Source of the DNA: Alphaproteobacteria bacterium
GTDB lineage: Bacteria; Pseudomonadota; Alphaproteobacteria; UBA828
Direction: 5' to 3'
Length of the DNA: 64,000 bases
NCBI GenBank assembly: GCA_965214705.1
Contig: CBDCCI010000002.1
Location: 1,504,001 to 1,568,000 of the forward strand
Shown here piece by piece: positions 29,892 to 38,472 of the stretch; the first letter of the stretch is position 1; every line of letters starts with the position of its first letter. Under the pieces are notes generated by a model. It made no database searches. It had not been told where the DNA came from and saw nothing but the letters and a program-made list of their open reading frames with translations. A program made the translations under genes and the position numbers.

Positions 29892-31316
29892 CTAAGCCGT
29901 TGACATAGAGGCATTTGTGTTTTTGTTGTCGTCGTCGATCTCGACCAGTTGGAAGCCGAGCTTCTTGGCCTGTCGACGGAGCGAAGAGAACTTTCGGTCC
30001 AGGCGTCGGCTCTCGTAGACCTCCATCCCCTTCTCGGCATATTGCTGGCCGCGGGTCACCATCAGGTAGATCAGGCAGGCGAGTTCTCGGGCGGTGGCGA
30101 CAACGGCTACGCTGGTGTCCATCCGGGCGAGGCGGCTGCGGTGCTTGGCGCCGATGAAGGTTTGGCTGGTGCGAGCGGTCATGGCCGCCATGCGCAGTGC
30201 CTGGCCAACGCGGTTGACCACCTTGGGCCCCCGGCCCGGCAACGGTTTGCCGCCGCTGATCCTGGTCCCAGGCGCCAGCCCCAGCCAGGAACTGAAGTGC
30301 TGTGCGGAGGGAAAGGCGGAGAAGTCAGGACCGATCTCGGCGGCGATCACCAGGGCAGTGTTGACGCCGACGGTGGGGATTGCGGTGAGATCGACCCCCA
30401 TCATCTTATGCAGCGCCATAGCCATGGCCTTATCCTGCCCGCGGAGCGCCCTGCCGCTGCTGCTTGGGGTCTCGTTCGACGCCGTGCCCGATGATCCGAC
30501 ACTGGGAGTGTCCTCGGGCGTACCCTCATCCGTCGGATCGTCCGGCGGGGTCAGGTGCTCAACCTCCGCCATGATCCGCGCCTCGCAGTCCGCGATCTGC
30601 TGCTCCAGAAAGTCGTAGCGCTGCATCGCCTGCTCAAGCGCGAACAGGTGCTCCTCGCGCCAAGTGCCCTCCAGGCTCGCGGCAATCGTGTCGGCGCTGG
30701 CCTTGATCCGCCTGTCGCGAAGCGACGCCAGCCGCCCGGGGTCGCGCTCGCCGGCGATGATCGCCCGCAGGATGCGCTCACCCGTCTTCCCCATGATATC
30801 GCTGATCACCGAGTCCAGACGCACGTTCATCTGGGTCAGCGCCTTCTGCATATGCAGCACGCAGCGAGAGCGGTCCTCGATCAACTGCTTCGCCTGGCGC
30901 ATGAAGGAGCGCAACGGGCAGATCGCGTCGCCCGGCCGGAAGGCGCCGCGCAGAAGGCCGTAGGACATCAGCTGCCAGATCCACTGGCAGTCCAGCACAT
31001 CGCTCTTGCGCCCGCCGATCTGCTTCGTCATCCGGGGCGGCACAAGCATCACCTCGAAGCCGGCTCGATCCAGGACCTCGTAAACCGGGATCCAGTAGAC
31101 CGAGGTCGACTCCATCGCCACCTTCGTCACACCGCACGACTTCAGCCACTCGGCCATCGCATCCAGGTCGCGCGTGAACGCGCCGAACTCCCTCACCGGT
31201 TCCTCGGCTCGCTCCGGATCCACCGCCACGAAGTGCCGGTCCTTGCCGATGTCGATCCCGGCGCAATTCGGGTGCACTACCTTGAGGCGCTGCCTCCTTC
31301 TCCGCTTGCGCGCCAT
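29892..31316 (-). CDS. IS110 family recombinase/transposase
   Basis: DEDD RuvC motifs GIDIG, MEST, KSDVLD; Tnp-domain serine in TRISGG; ATARELA; RBS GGGAGGG. Confidence 0.95.
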   Translation of the reverse strand: MARKRRRRQRLKVVHPNCAGIDIGKDRHFVAVDPERAEEPVREFGAFTRDLDAMAEWLKSCGVTKVAMESTSVYWIPVYEVLDRAGFEVMLVPPRMTKQIGGRKSDVLDCQWIWQLMSYGLLRGAFRPGDAICPLRSFMRQAKQLIEDRSRCVLHMQKALTQMNVRLDSVISDIMGKTGERILRAIIAGERDPGRLASLRDRRIKASADTIAASLEGTWREEHLFALEQAMQRYDFLEQQIADCEARIMAEVEHLTPPDDPTDEGTPEDTPSVGSSGTASNETPSSSGRALRGQDKAMAMALHKMMGVDLTAIPTVGVNTALVIAAEIGPDFSAFPSAQHFSSWLGLAPGTRISGGKPLPGRGPKVVNRVGQALRMAAMTARTSQTFIGAKHRSRLARMDTSVAVVATARELACLIYLMVTRGQQYAEKGMEVYESRRLDRKFSSLRRQAKKLGFQLVEIDDDNKNTNASMSTA

Positions 31317-31344
31317 CGAGAGCCCTCCCAAACTCCGTTGACGT

Positions 31345-31500
31345 TGCGGGTGGGGAGGAACCGCGGCGAAGTCTCAATCTCTTGAACGAGGTCACGGGCG
31401 AACCCGCGCCATCAGTGACAGAAGCCGATCACGGTTCGGGCCAAGCTTCCAAACGGGTGCCCTCGCACGCCACTGAAGGGACGGCCTCGTCTGCCCTACC
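31345..31500 (-). ncRNA. Putative IS110 bridge RNA (target- and donor-binding loops)
   Basis: Two parallel loop-hairpin units; 31379-85 CTCTTGA equals element end 29874-80; 31446-52 CTTCCAA equals 31602-08; 31475-81 reverse complement TCCCTTC matches flank TCCGTTC 6/7. Confidence 0.7.
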
Positions 31501-31523
31501 CGCTACCACTTCACGCTTCAACC

Positions 31524-31559
31524 GTCGAAGACTCAACCCCAGTCGAAGACTCTACCCCC
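31524..31559. repeat. 18-bp tandem duplication in the IS110 non-coding end
   Basis: GTCGAAGACTCAACCCCA followed by GTCGAAGACTCTACCCCC. Confidence 0.75.
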
Positions 31560-31983
31560 AGTTACTTCAGCGACTGAGCCGCTGCGCCGCAGTGGTGGTG
31601 GCTTCCAACTGAGCCGGCGCAGGCGGTTCCGCCGTCGCCACCTGTACCCTCCTTGGGCCCTGGACCATGGTGCGGTGCTCGGCGGGCAGCGGCCGCGTCA
31701 TGATCGCGCCATGTGGAACGAGGGCGAGCGGCGCGCGATGGTTTCGGCAAAGGGGCGTTTCCCGGTCGAGGGGCCGCCGCTCGCGCCGGCGGCCGCCCGT
31801 CCGGCAATCCCTGACTTGTCTCACGCATCCCGCCTAATCCCGGCGTGTCTCGCCTCAAATTTTTGTTTCGCGTCCCATGTCCTTGGCGCGGGCCGGCATC
31901 GTCGATCCAGGCGCACCCGTCTGGATTACGAGGTCTGCCCCCGTCGCGAGCTTGCGTCGGTCCTGCTTTGACAAGAAAATGAT

Positions 31984-31999
31984 GGGCATTGCGGCTGCA
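31984..31999 (+). promoter_or_regulatory. Possible sigma54 -24/-12 promoter of the tmo cluster
   Basis: GG(31985-86)-N10-GC(31997-98): GGGCATTGCGGCTGCA, an imperfect match to TGGCAC-N5-TTGCW. Confidence 0.3.
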
Positions 32000-32050
32000 G
32001 CGGCGCCGGGCCGCGGCGCCCCGGAATCATCAGCGTGCGGGAGGCCGGCG

Positions 32051-33541
32051 ATGCTCGAACGCTCCGAATGGTACGATATCGCGCGGGATACCAACTGGAC
32101 GCCCTCCTACGTCTCGCAGGAGGCGCTGTTCCCGCCCGAGATGGGCGATCCCTACGGCATCCCCACCGAAGAGTGGGAGACCTTCGACGAGCCCTACAAG
32201 GTCGCCTACCGCGAGTACGTGAACATCCAGCGCGAGAAGGATTCGGCCGCCTATTCGGTGAAGGCGGCGCTGGCGCGCTCCAAGTTCCACGACGAGGCCG
32301 ACGAGGGCTGGGCCTGCGTGCTCAAGCTGCACTACGGCGCCGTGGCGCTCACCGAGTATCAGGCCTGCCAGTTCCAGGCGCGGATGTCCCGCTTCGGCCC
32401 GTCGCCCGCGATGCGCAACATGTCGGTCTACGGCATGCTGGACGAGCTGCGGCACACGCAGCTTCAGCTCTTCTTCCCGCACGAGCTGGTCCACCGCGAC
32501 CGCCAGTACGACTGGGCGCACGAGGCCCAGCATTCCAAGAACTGGGCGGTTTTAGGCGGCCGTCACGCGATGGACGACATCATGATGACGCGGGACGCCA
32601 TCACGTCCTCGGTGATGGTCTCCTTCGCCTTCGAGACCGCGCTCACCAACCTGCAGATGATCGGGCTTTCGACCGACGCCGCCAATCTGGGCGACCACAC
32701 CTTCGCCAACCTGATCACCAGCATTCAGTCGGACGAGGCCCGTCACGCCCAGCTCGGCACGCCCACCATCGAGATCATGATCCGCAACGGCCGCAAGAAG
32801 GAAGCGCAGCAGGCCATGGACATCGCGCTCTGGCGGGTCTGGCGGCTCTTCTCGATCACCGTCGGCATCCCGATGGACTACTACATCCCGCTCGAGCAGC
32901 GGCACATGTCCTTCAAGGAGTTCATGCACGAGTGGGTGATCAACCAGTGGGAGCGGCAGGTGCAGGACCTCGGCCTGGAGCGGCCGTGGTACTGGGACAT
33001 CTTCCTCCTCGACATCGACAACCACCACCACTGCCAGCAGGGCGGCATCTGGTCGTGGCGGCCCACGGTCTGGTGGAACCCGCCGGGCGCGGTGGGGCCC
33101 AAGGAGCGCGCGTGGCTGGAGGAGAAGTATCCCGGCTGGAACGAGAGCTACGGCAGTTACTGGGATGTCATCACCAACAACCTGCTGCAGGGGCACGAGG
33201 AGAAGACGCACCCCCAGTGCATCCCGATCATCTGCAACATGTGCCAGATCCCGATCTCGCACCGGCCGGGCCCTGAGTGGGGCGCCCGCGCCTACCAGCG
33301 CGAGTACGGCGAGCGGCGCTACAACTTCTGCACCGAGGTGTGCCGCTGGATCTTCGATACCGACCCGGAGCGCTACAAGGACCACGAGACCATCGTGGAC
33401 CGCATGTACTCGGGCGAGATCGACCCGCCGACGCTGGAGAACGTGCTCACCTACATGGGCATCGGCGTCATCAGCGAGGGCGGCCGCGACGGCCACGACT
33501 ACCGTTGGGTCGAGGGTTTTCGGGCCCAGGCGGCGGAATAG
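32051..33541 (+). CDS. tmoA: Soluble di-iron monooxygenase hydroxylase alpha subunit (toluene/alkene MO group, TmoA-like)
   Basis: WYDIARDTNWTPSYV; iron ligands TEY, DELRH, FET, DEARH; WLEEKYPGWN; C-terminal YHS-like CNMCQIP..FCTEVC. Confidence 0.93.
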   Translation: MLERSEWYDIARDTNWTPSYVSQEALFPPEMGDPYGIPTEEWETFDEPYKVAYREYVNIQREKDSAAYSVKAALARSKFHDEADEGWACVLKLHYGAVALTEYQACQFQARMSRFGPSPAMRNMSVYGMLDELRHTQLQLFFPHELVHRDRQYDWAHEAQHSKNWAVLGGRHAMDDIMMTRDAITSSVMVSFAFETALTNLQMIGLSTDAANLGDHTFANLITSIQSDEARHAQLGTPTIEIMIRNGRKKEAQQAMDIALWRVWRLFSITVGIPMDYYIPLEQRHMSFKEFMHEWVINQWERQVQDLGLERPWYWDIFLLDIDNHHHCQQGGIWSWRPTVWWNPPGAVGPKERAWLEEKYPGWNESYGSYWDVITNNLLQGHEEKTHPQCIPIICNMCQIPISHRPGPEWGARAYQREYGERRYNFCTEVCRWIFDTDPERYKDHETIVDRMYSGEIDPPTLENVLTYMGIGVISEGGRDGHDYRWVEGFRAQAAE

Positions 33542-33574
33542 CCAAGCGGCACCTATCGCGTTGCTGAGGGCGGC

Positions 33575-33847
33575 ATGAGCGCGTTCCCGATTCTCTCGCG
33601 CTTCCAGCAGGACGCGCACATCAAGACGGTGGAAATCGAGCCGGGTCAGACCATGGACGAGGTGGCGGCGGCCTGCGCTTTCCACTCGATCGGCTTGCAC
33701 GTGGCGGACAAGCCGGGCCGGACGCTGCGCGTGCGGCCCACAACCGAGGACGACTCCGCGCCGCCCTGGCCGCGCGATCTCACGGTCGAGAAGGCGGGCA
33801 TCCGCTTCTACGACTGCATCGACATCTATTTCGAAGAGCCCCAATAG
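33575..33847 (+). CDS. tmoB: Hydroxylase gamma subunit (TmoB-like)
   Basis: FPILSRF..TMDEVAAACAFHSIG..PRDLTV; directly after tmoA. Confidence 0.85.
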   Translation: MSAFPILSRFQQDAHIKTVEIEPGQTMDEVAAACAFHSIGLHVADKPGRTLRVRPTTEDDSAPPWPRDLTVEKAGIRFYDCIDIYFEEPQ

Positions 33848-33879
33848 CCCACGCGCACAGGGGATGGAGTGATCGACGC

Positions 33880-34215
33880 ATGGCGTTCAAGAAGGCCTGC
33901 ACGCTGGACGACATCTGGGAAGGCGACATGGAGACCTTCGACGTGGACGGCACCGAGGTGCTGCTCGTCCATGTCGAGGGCGAGGGCATTCACGCGCTCC
34001 AGGCGCAGTGCCCGCATCAGGAAGTCGATCTCGTGGACGGCGATCTCGACGGCCGGGTGCTGACCTGCATGATGCATCTCTGGGAGTTCGACGTGGTGGC
34101 GGGCAAGGGAGTAAACCCGGCCGATGCCGAGATCGCCCAGTATCCGGTCAAGATCGAGGGCGAGGACGTCCTGGTCGACGTCGAGGGCATCGAGCCCAAG
34201 CATGCCAAGCCCTGA
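33880..34215 (+). CDS. tmoC: Rieske ferredoxin (TmoC-like)
   Basis: LDDIWEGDM, CPHQ..CMMHLWEFD..G.GVNP. Confidence 0.92.
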   Translation: MAFKKACTLDDIWEGDMETFDVDGTEVLLVHVEGEGIHALQAQCPHQEVDLVDGDLDGRVLTCMMHLWEFDVVAGKGVNPADAEIAQYPVKIEGEDVLVDVEGIEPKHAKP

Positions 34216-34241
34216 CCGCGGGCGGAGCGGAGGATGCGGCA

Positions 34242-34547
34242 ATGAGTGGTGACGACACGGCACGCAAGAACGCGGTCGGGCCGGTGCTGCGCGCGGGCGA
34301 GGTCGCCGACGCCGTGGTCGAGGCCCTGGAGGAGGACAATCCCGGCAAGGAGTTCACGGTCGAGGATCGGGTCGCTTACGTTCGGGCCGAGACCGAGGGC
34401 GAGTGCGTGGTGCGGGCGGAGACCGTGGCGCGGGTGCTCGGCCGGCCGTTCAAGATCGCCGAGCTGGAGATCAATCTCAGCTCATTCTCGGGCCGGATCG
34501 AGACCACCGACGACACCATGCGCTTCTACTTCGAGAAGAGGCTGTAG
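34242..34547 (+). CDS. tmoD: Monooxygenase effector/coupling protein (MmoB/DmpM, TmoD-like)
   Basis: VGPVLRAGE..DNPGKE..AYVR..LGRPF..LEINLSSFSGRI. Confidence 0.92.
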   Translation: MSGDDTARKNAVGPVLRAGEVADAVVEALEEDNPGKEFTVEDRVAYVRAETEGECVVRAETVARVLGRPFKIAELEINLSSFSGRIETTDDTMRFYFEKRL

Positions 34548-34551
34548 GTAC

Positions 34552-34768
34552 TATCCAACCGGACAGGACCGTATCCAGTTGCTGCAAGTTTCCATTTCGC
34601 CTGAAGTGCGGCTAGAGACCCCCCCACCTCACCCCGGCCCTCTCCGCCCCCAGGGGCGGAGAGGGAGAGCCGCGTCGGCCCCACCCACGTCCCCCCTCCG
34701 CCTTTGGGGGAGGGGGACAGGGGGAGGTGGTTGTTCTTCGGACCGCAGTGATCCAGTCAGGCCGGATA
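34552..34768. repeat. MITE/REP-like insertion with imperfect terminal IRs and internal GC hairpins
   Basis: TATCCAACCGGACAGGACC vs reverse complement of GATCCAGTCAGGCCGGATA (14/19); hairpin CCCTCTCCGCCCC/GGGGCGGAGAGGG 34638-34665. Confidence 0.65.
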
Positions 34769-34818
34769 ACGCTCCAGAGACTCGCTCGCGTTGGACGCGA
34801 AGGGCATTGGGCTGAGGC

Positions 34819-35118
34819 ATGGCGATTGAGGGTGAAGGCGGGCGTGTTCAGGCTGCGATCCGCCAAAAACTGAGCGAGGCGCTCGCACCCAGCCGCCTCG
34901 ATATCGTGGACGATTCCGCGCGCCATGCCGGCCATGTCGGCGCGCGGCCCGAGGGCGAGAGCCACTTCATCGTGGAGATCGCCTCGGCGCAGTTTGCGGG
35001 TCTCTCGCGGGTCGCCCGCCAGCGTCTGGTCCACAGCGTGCTCGAAGACGAGCTGCGCACCGACGTGCACGCGCTGGCGCTCAAGACCGTCACGCCTGAG
35101 GAGGACGCCGCGCAGTAG
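34819..35118 (+). CDS. bolA: BolA family protein
   Basis: DDSARHAGH, ESHF, F.GLSRVARQRLV, VHAL. Confidence 0.92.
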   Translation: MAIEGEGGRVQAAIRQKLSEALAPSRLDIVDDSARHAGHVGARPEGESHFIVEIASAQFAGLSRVARQRLVHSVLEDELRTDVHALALKTVTPEEDAAQ

Positions 35119-35124
35119 GACGGC

Positions 35125-36057
35125 TTACTCCGCCGCCATCAGCGTCTCGACGTGGGCTGCGGCGCTGGCGCCGAGGGCGCGCAGGTCGTAGCCGCCTTCC
35201 AGGGTCGAGACCACGCGTCCGTCGCACACCTCGCCCGCGAGCCGGGTCAACTGCGTGGTGATCCAGCGGTAGTCGTCCTCGACGAGCTCCAGGTTCGCCA
35301 GCGGATCGTCGCGGTGCGCATCGAAGCCGGCGGAGATCAGGATCATCTCGGGGCGGAAGGCGCGAAGCGCCGGCAGCATGCGGCTCTCCATCGCATCGCG
35401 GAAGCCGGCTGAGCCCGTGCCCGGCGAGAGCGGCGCGTTGACGATGTTGCCGACGCCGGTCTCGCTTGCAGCGCCTGTGCCCGGATAGAGCGGCCACTGA
35501 TGGGTCGAGCCGAAGAAGAGGTCGCCGTCCTGCTCGAACGCGGCTTGCGTGCCGTTGCCGTGGTGGACGTCGAAGTCGATCACGGCGATCCGCGTCAGCC
35601 CGTGGGTGCGCCGCGCCCGCTCAGCCCCGATCACGACGTTGTTGAAGAGGCAGAAGCCCATCGGCCGACGGGGCTCGGCGTGGTGGCCGGGCGGACGCAC
35701 CGCGCAGAAGGCGTTGTCCGCCTCGCCGGTGAACACCGCATCCACCGCAGCCGCAACCGCACCCGCCGCCCGTCGCGCCGCCTCGCCCGAGGCGGGCGAA
35801 ATCACCGTGTCAGCGTCGATGGCGACGCGTCCCTCATCGGGCACGTTCGCGAGAATGGCGTCCACCAGCTTCTCGTCGTGCGCCCAGGCAAGGATCTCGG
35901 CATCGCCCATGGGCGCCTCGCGGCGATCGAGCGGCTCGAAGGCGTCGGCGGCCAGCGCATCCTCAATCGCCCCCAACCGCGCGCCCGATTCCGGGTGACG
36001 CGCGCCGGGGTCGTGGTCCGCGCACACGGGATGGCTGTATAGGATCGTCTTCGCCAC
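35125..36057 (-). CDS. Histone deacetylase family amidohydrolase
   Basis: [41 protein letters not shown]. Confidence 0.93.
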   Translation of the reverse strand: MAKTILYSHPVCADHDPGARHPESGARLGAIEDALAADAFEPLDRREAPMGDAEILAWAHDEKLVDAILANVPDEGRVAIDADTVISPASGEAARRAAGAVAAAVDAVFTGEADNAFCAVRPPGHHAEPRRPMGFCLFNNVVIGAERARRTHGLTRIAVIDFDVHHGNGTQAAFEQDGDLFFGSTHQWPLYPGTGAASETGVGNIVNAPLSPGTGSAGFRDAMESRMLPALRAFRPEMILISAGFDAHRDDPLANLELVEDDYRWITTQLTRLAGEVCDGRVVSTLEGGYDLRALGASAAAHVETLMAAE

Positions 36058-36195
36058 GGCCTGCCCTCCAGTTGCCCAGAGCCTAGCACGGCCTTATCGA
36101 CGATGTTCCGCCGAAGCAAAATTCGCGGCTCATTGGGGCTGGACCTGCGCCGGATAATCGCCACATTGTGGATTAACGATTCGAGGGAGGAATCG

Positions 36196-37575
36196 ATGCG
36201 CTTCCCGCTGTTGCTGCTCACCCCCATCGCGCTCGCGGTCACGCTCTTCGCCGCGGCCCCGGCGCACACGCACATGACGGCCGACGAGGTGCCCTCGCTG
36301 GCTCCGCTCGTGAAGGAGAGCGCGCCGGCGGTGGTCAACATCAGGACCGTGGGCCAACTGGAGGAGGCGCCGCAGCATCCCTTCTTCGACAACCCTTTCT
36401 TCGAGCGCTTCTTCGGCGAACGTGAGCGCGAACGCCCGCGCCGCCGCCAGCCGCGCCGCAGCCAGGCGGCCGGCTCGGGTGTGATCGTGGACGCGGAGCA
36501 GGGCTATCTGCTCACCAACCAGCACGTGATCGCGGACGCGCACGAGATCGCCGTGACCCTCACCGATGGCCGCAGATTCGAGGCCGAGGTGGTGGGCGCC
36601 GATCCGGGGACCGACGTGGCGTTGCTCAAGATCGACGCGGACTCGCTTTCCGCCATGCCGCTCGCCGATTCGGACGCATTGCAGGTGGGCGATTACGTCG
36701 TCGCCATCGGCAACCCGTTCGGGCTCGGCCAGACCGTCACCGCCGGCATCGTGAGCGCGGTCGGCCGTTCGGGGCTCGGCATCGAATCCTACGAGGATTT
36801 CATTCAGACCGACGCGGCCATCAATTTCGGCAATTCGGGTGGCGCGCTCATGAATCTCAAGGGCGAGCTGGTCGGCATCAACACCGCCATCTTCGCGCGG
36901 GCAGGCGGCAACATCGGCATCGGCTTCGCGATCCCGATCAACATGGCCCGCCAGATCATGGACCAGCTCCTCACCCACGGCGAGATCCAGCGCGGCCGCA
37001 TCGGCGTGCAGATTCAGGACCTAACGCCCGATCTCGCCGAGGCGCTCGGCACCACCCACCAGAAGGGTGCTGTGGTAGCCCAGGTAATCCCAGGAACGCC
37101 GTCGGCGGCGGCGGGTATCCAACCCGGCGACGTGGTCGTCGGGATGAATGGTGAGCCGGTCTCCGGCTCGTCCGACCTCCGCAACATGGTCGGCATGCTG
37201 CGGGTGGGCGATGCGGTTCAGCTCACCATCGTCCGCGAGGGAGAGACGATGACGATCGATCTCGCGGTCGGCGAAATCGGCGAGGTGGCGCTCGGCGCCG
37301 GGAGCCAGATCCCCCAGCTCGAGGGCGCGGTGTTCGGGCCGCTCGGCTCGTCCTCACCCCTCTACGGCAAGGTGAAGGGCGTGCTCGTTGTGAGCGTCGA
37401 GGCCGATACGCCCGCCTGGGACGCGGGGCTTCGCGAGGACGATGTTATCACCTCGGTTAACCGCCGCCCGGTGGAGACTCCCAACGAAATCATCCAGGTG
37501 GTGGAGGAGACCGGGCTCCCGATCCTGATGAACGTCAGGCGTGGCGACGGGGCACTCTTCCTGTTGATCCGCTGA
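36196..37575 (+). CDS. degQ: DegP/DegQ periplasmic serine endoprotease with two PDZ domains
   Basis: [23 protein letters not shown]; signal peptide; RBS GGAGG. Confidence 0.92.
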   Translation: MRFPLLLLTPIALAVTLFAAAPAHTHMTADEVPSLAPLVKESAPAVVNIRTVGQLEEAPQHPFFDNPFFERFFGERERERPRRRQPRRSQAAGSGVIVDAEQGYLLTNQHVIADAHEIAVTLTDGRRFEAEVVGADPGTDVALLKIDADSLSAMPLADSDALQVGDYVVAIGNPFGLGQTVTAGIVSAVGRSGLGIESYEDFIQTDAAINFGNSGGALMNLKGELVGINTAIFARAGGNIGIGFAIPINMARQIMDQLLTHGEIQRGRIGVQIQDLTPDLAEALGTTHQKGAVVAQVIPGTPSAAAGIQPGDVVVGMNGEPVSGSSDLRNMVGMLRVGDAVQLTIVREGETMTIDLAVGEIGEVALGAGSQIPQLEGAVFGPLGSSSPLYGKVKGVLVVSVEADTPAWDAGLREDDVITSVNRRPVETPNEIIQVVEETGLPILMNVRRGDGALFLLIR

Positions 37576-37613
37576 CGCTCTGCCGCAGCCAAGCGTTCGC
37601 GTGTGCCGCGCGC

Positions 37614-38381
37614 TCACGCGGTGATGCGCATCTGGATGGGGCCTTCGGCACGCTGGTTGATCAGTTGGTCCAGGTAGGCGTTGCCGCTCTCGTCGATCTC
37701 GTCGGGTGCGCCCTGCCACATGATCGTGCCCTCGTGCAGCATGGCGAGGCGGTCGAAGCTGCGCCGGGCGATCGCCATGTCGCTGGTCACGGTGAGCGCG
37801 GTCGCGCCGCTTCGTTTTATGGCGCCCCGGATGAGCGAGACGATCGTGCCGGTCAGGATCGGGTCGAGGCCGGCGGTCGGGTCGTCGAGCACGAGGAAGC
37901 GCGGCTCGGCGGCGATCGCGCGGCCCAGTGCCACGCGCTTCTGCATCCCACCGGAAAGCTCCGCCGGCGACAGGTCGGCGACGTCGGGCTTGAGACCCAC
38001 CGACGCGAGGGTTTCGAGCGCCCGGTCTCTGGCAGCACGCCGGTTCATCCCGTGGCCGTGAATCAGGGTGAAGGCCACGTTCTCCCACACGGTGAGGCTG
38101 TCGAAGAGCGCGTTCTGCTGAAACAGCACGCCCACGTCGCGCATCAGGCGCTCCAGCCCGCTCTTGTCGAGGGTCGCGAGAGCGGTGTCGCCGTAGCGGA
38201 CGCTGCCGCTGTCCATGGGCAGCAGCCCGAGCAGGCATTTCAGCAGCACCGACTTGCCGCCCGAGGAGGGGCCCACCAGGACGGTCGAGCGCCCCTCCGG
38301 CACGTCGAGATCGGCGCCGCGCAGCACCGGCTTGCCGTCGAACGCCTTGACCACGCCGCGCGCCGTGACCGTAATGCTCAT
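37614..38381 (-). CDS. MlaF/Mkl-like ABC ATP-binding protein with degenerate catalytic motifs
   Basis: GPSSGGKS, FQQNALFDSLTVWENV, LSGGMQKRV, LDDPTAGLDP, GPI. Confidence 0.85.
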   Translation of the reverse strand: MSITVTARGVVKAFDGKPVLRGADLDVPEGRSTVLVGPSSGGKSVLLKCLLGLLPMDSGSVRYGDTALATLDKSGLERLMRDVGVLFQQNALFDSLTVWENVAFTLIHGHGMNRRAARDRALETLASVGLKPDVADLSPAELSGGMQKRVALGRAIAAEPRFLVLDDPTAGLDPILTGTIVSLIRGAIKRSGATALTVTSDMAIARRSFDRLAMLHEGTIMWQGAPDEIDESGNAYLDQLINQRAEGPIQMRITA

Positions 38382-38472
38382 GGCACGTCTCTAGCGCGGC
38401 CCGCGCCCAAAGTCGAACCACACCCTGGGGAGAGGTCGGTGTCCTGCCGGCTGACAAGTGAGGACTCCGGAT

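Larger units (their letters stand above)
29874..31603 (-). mobile_element. IS110-family element with CT core; distal end at 31565-66 or 31602-03
   Basis: Transposase plus ~290-bp upstream non-coding region; CT at 29874-75; guide-like matches to ends and flanks. Confidence 0.85.
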
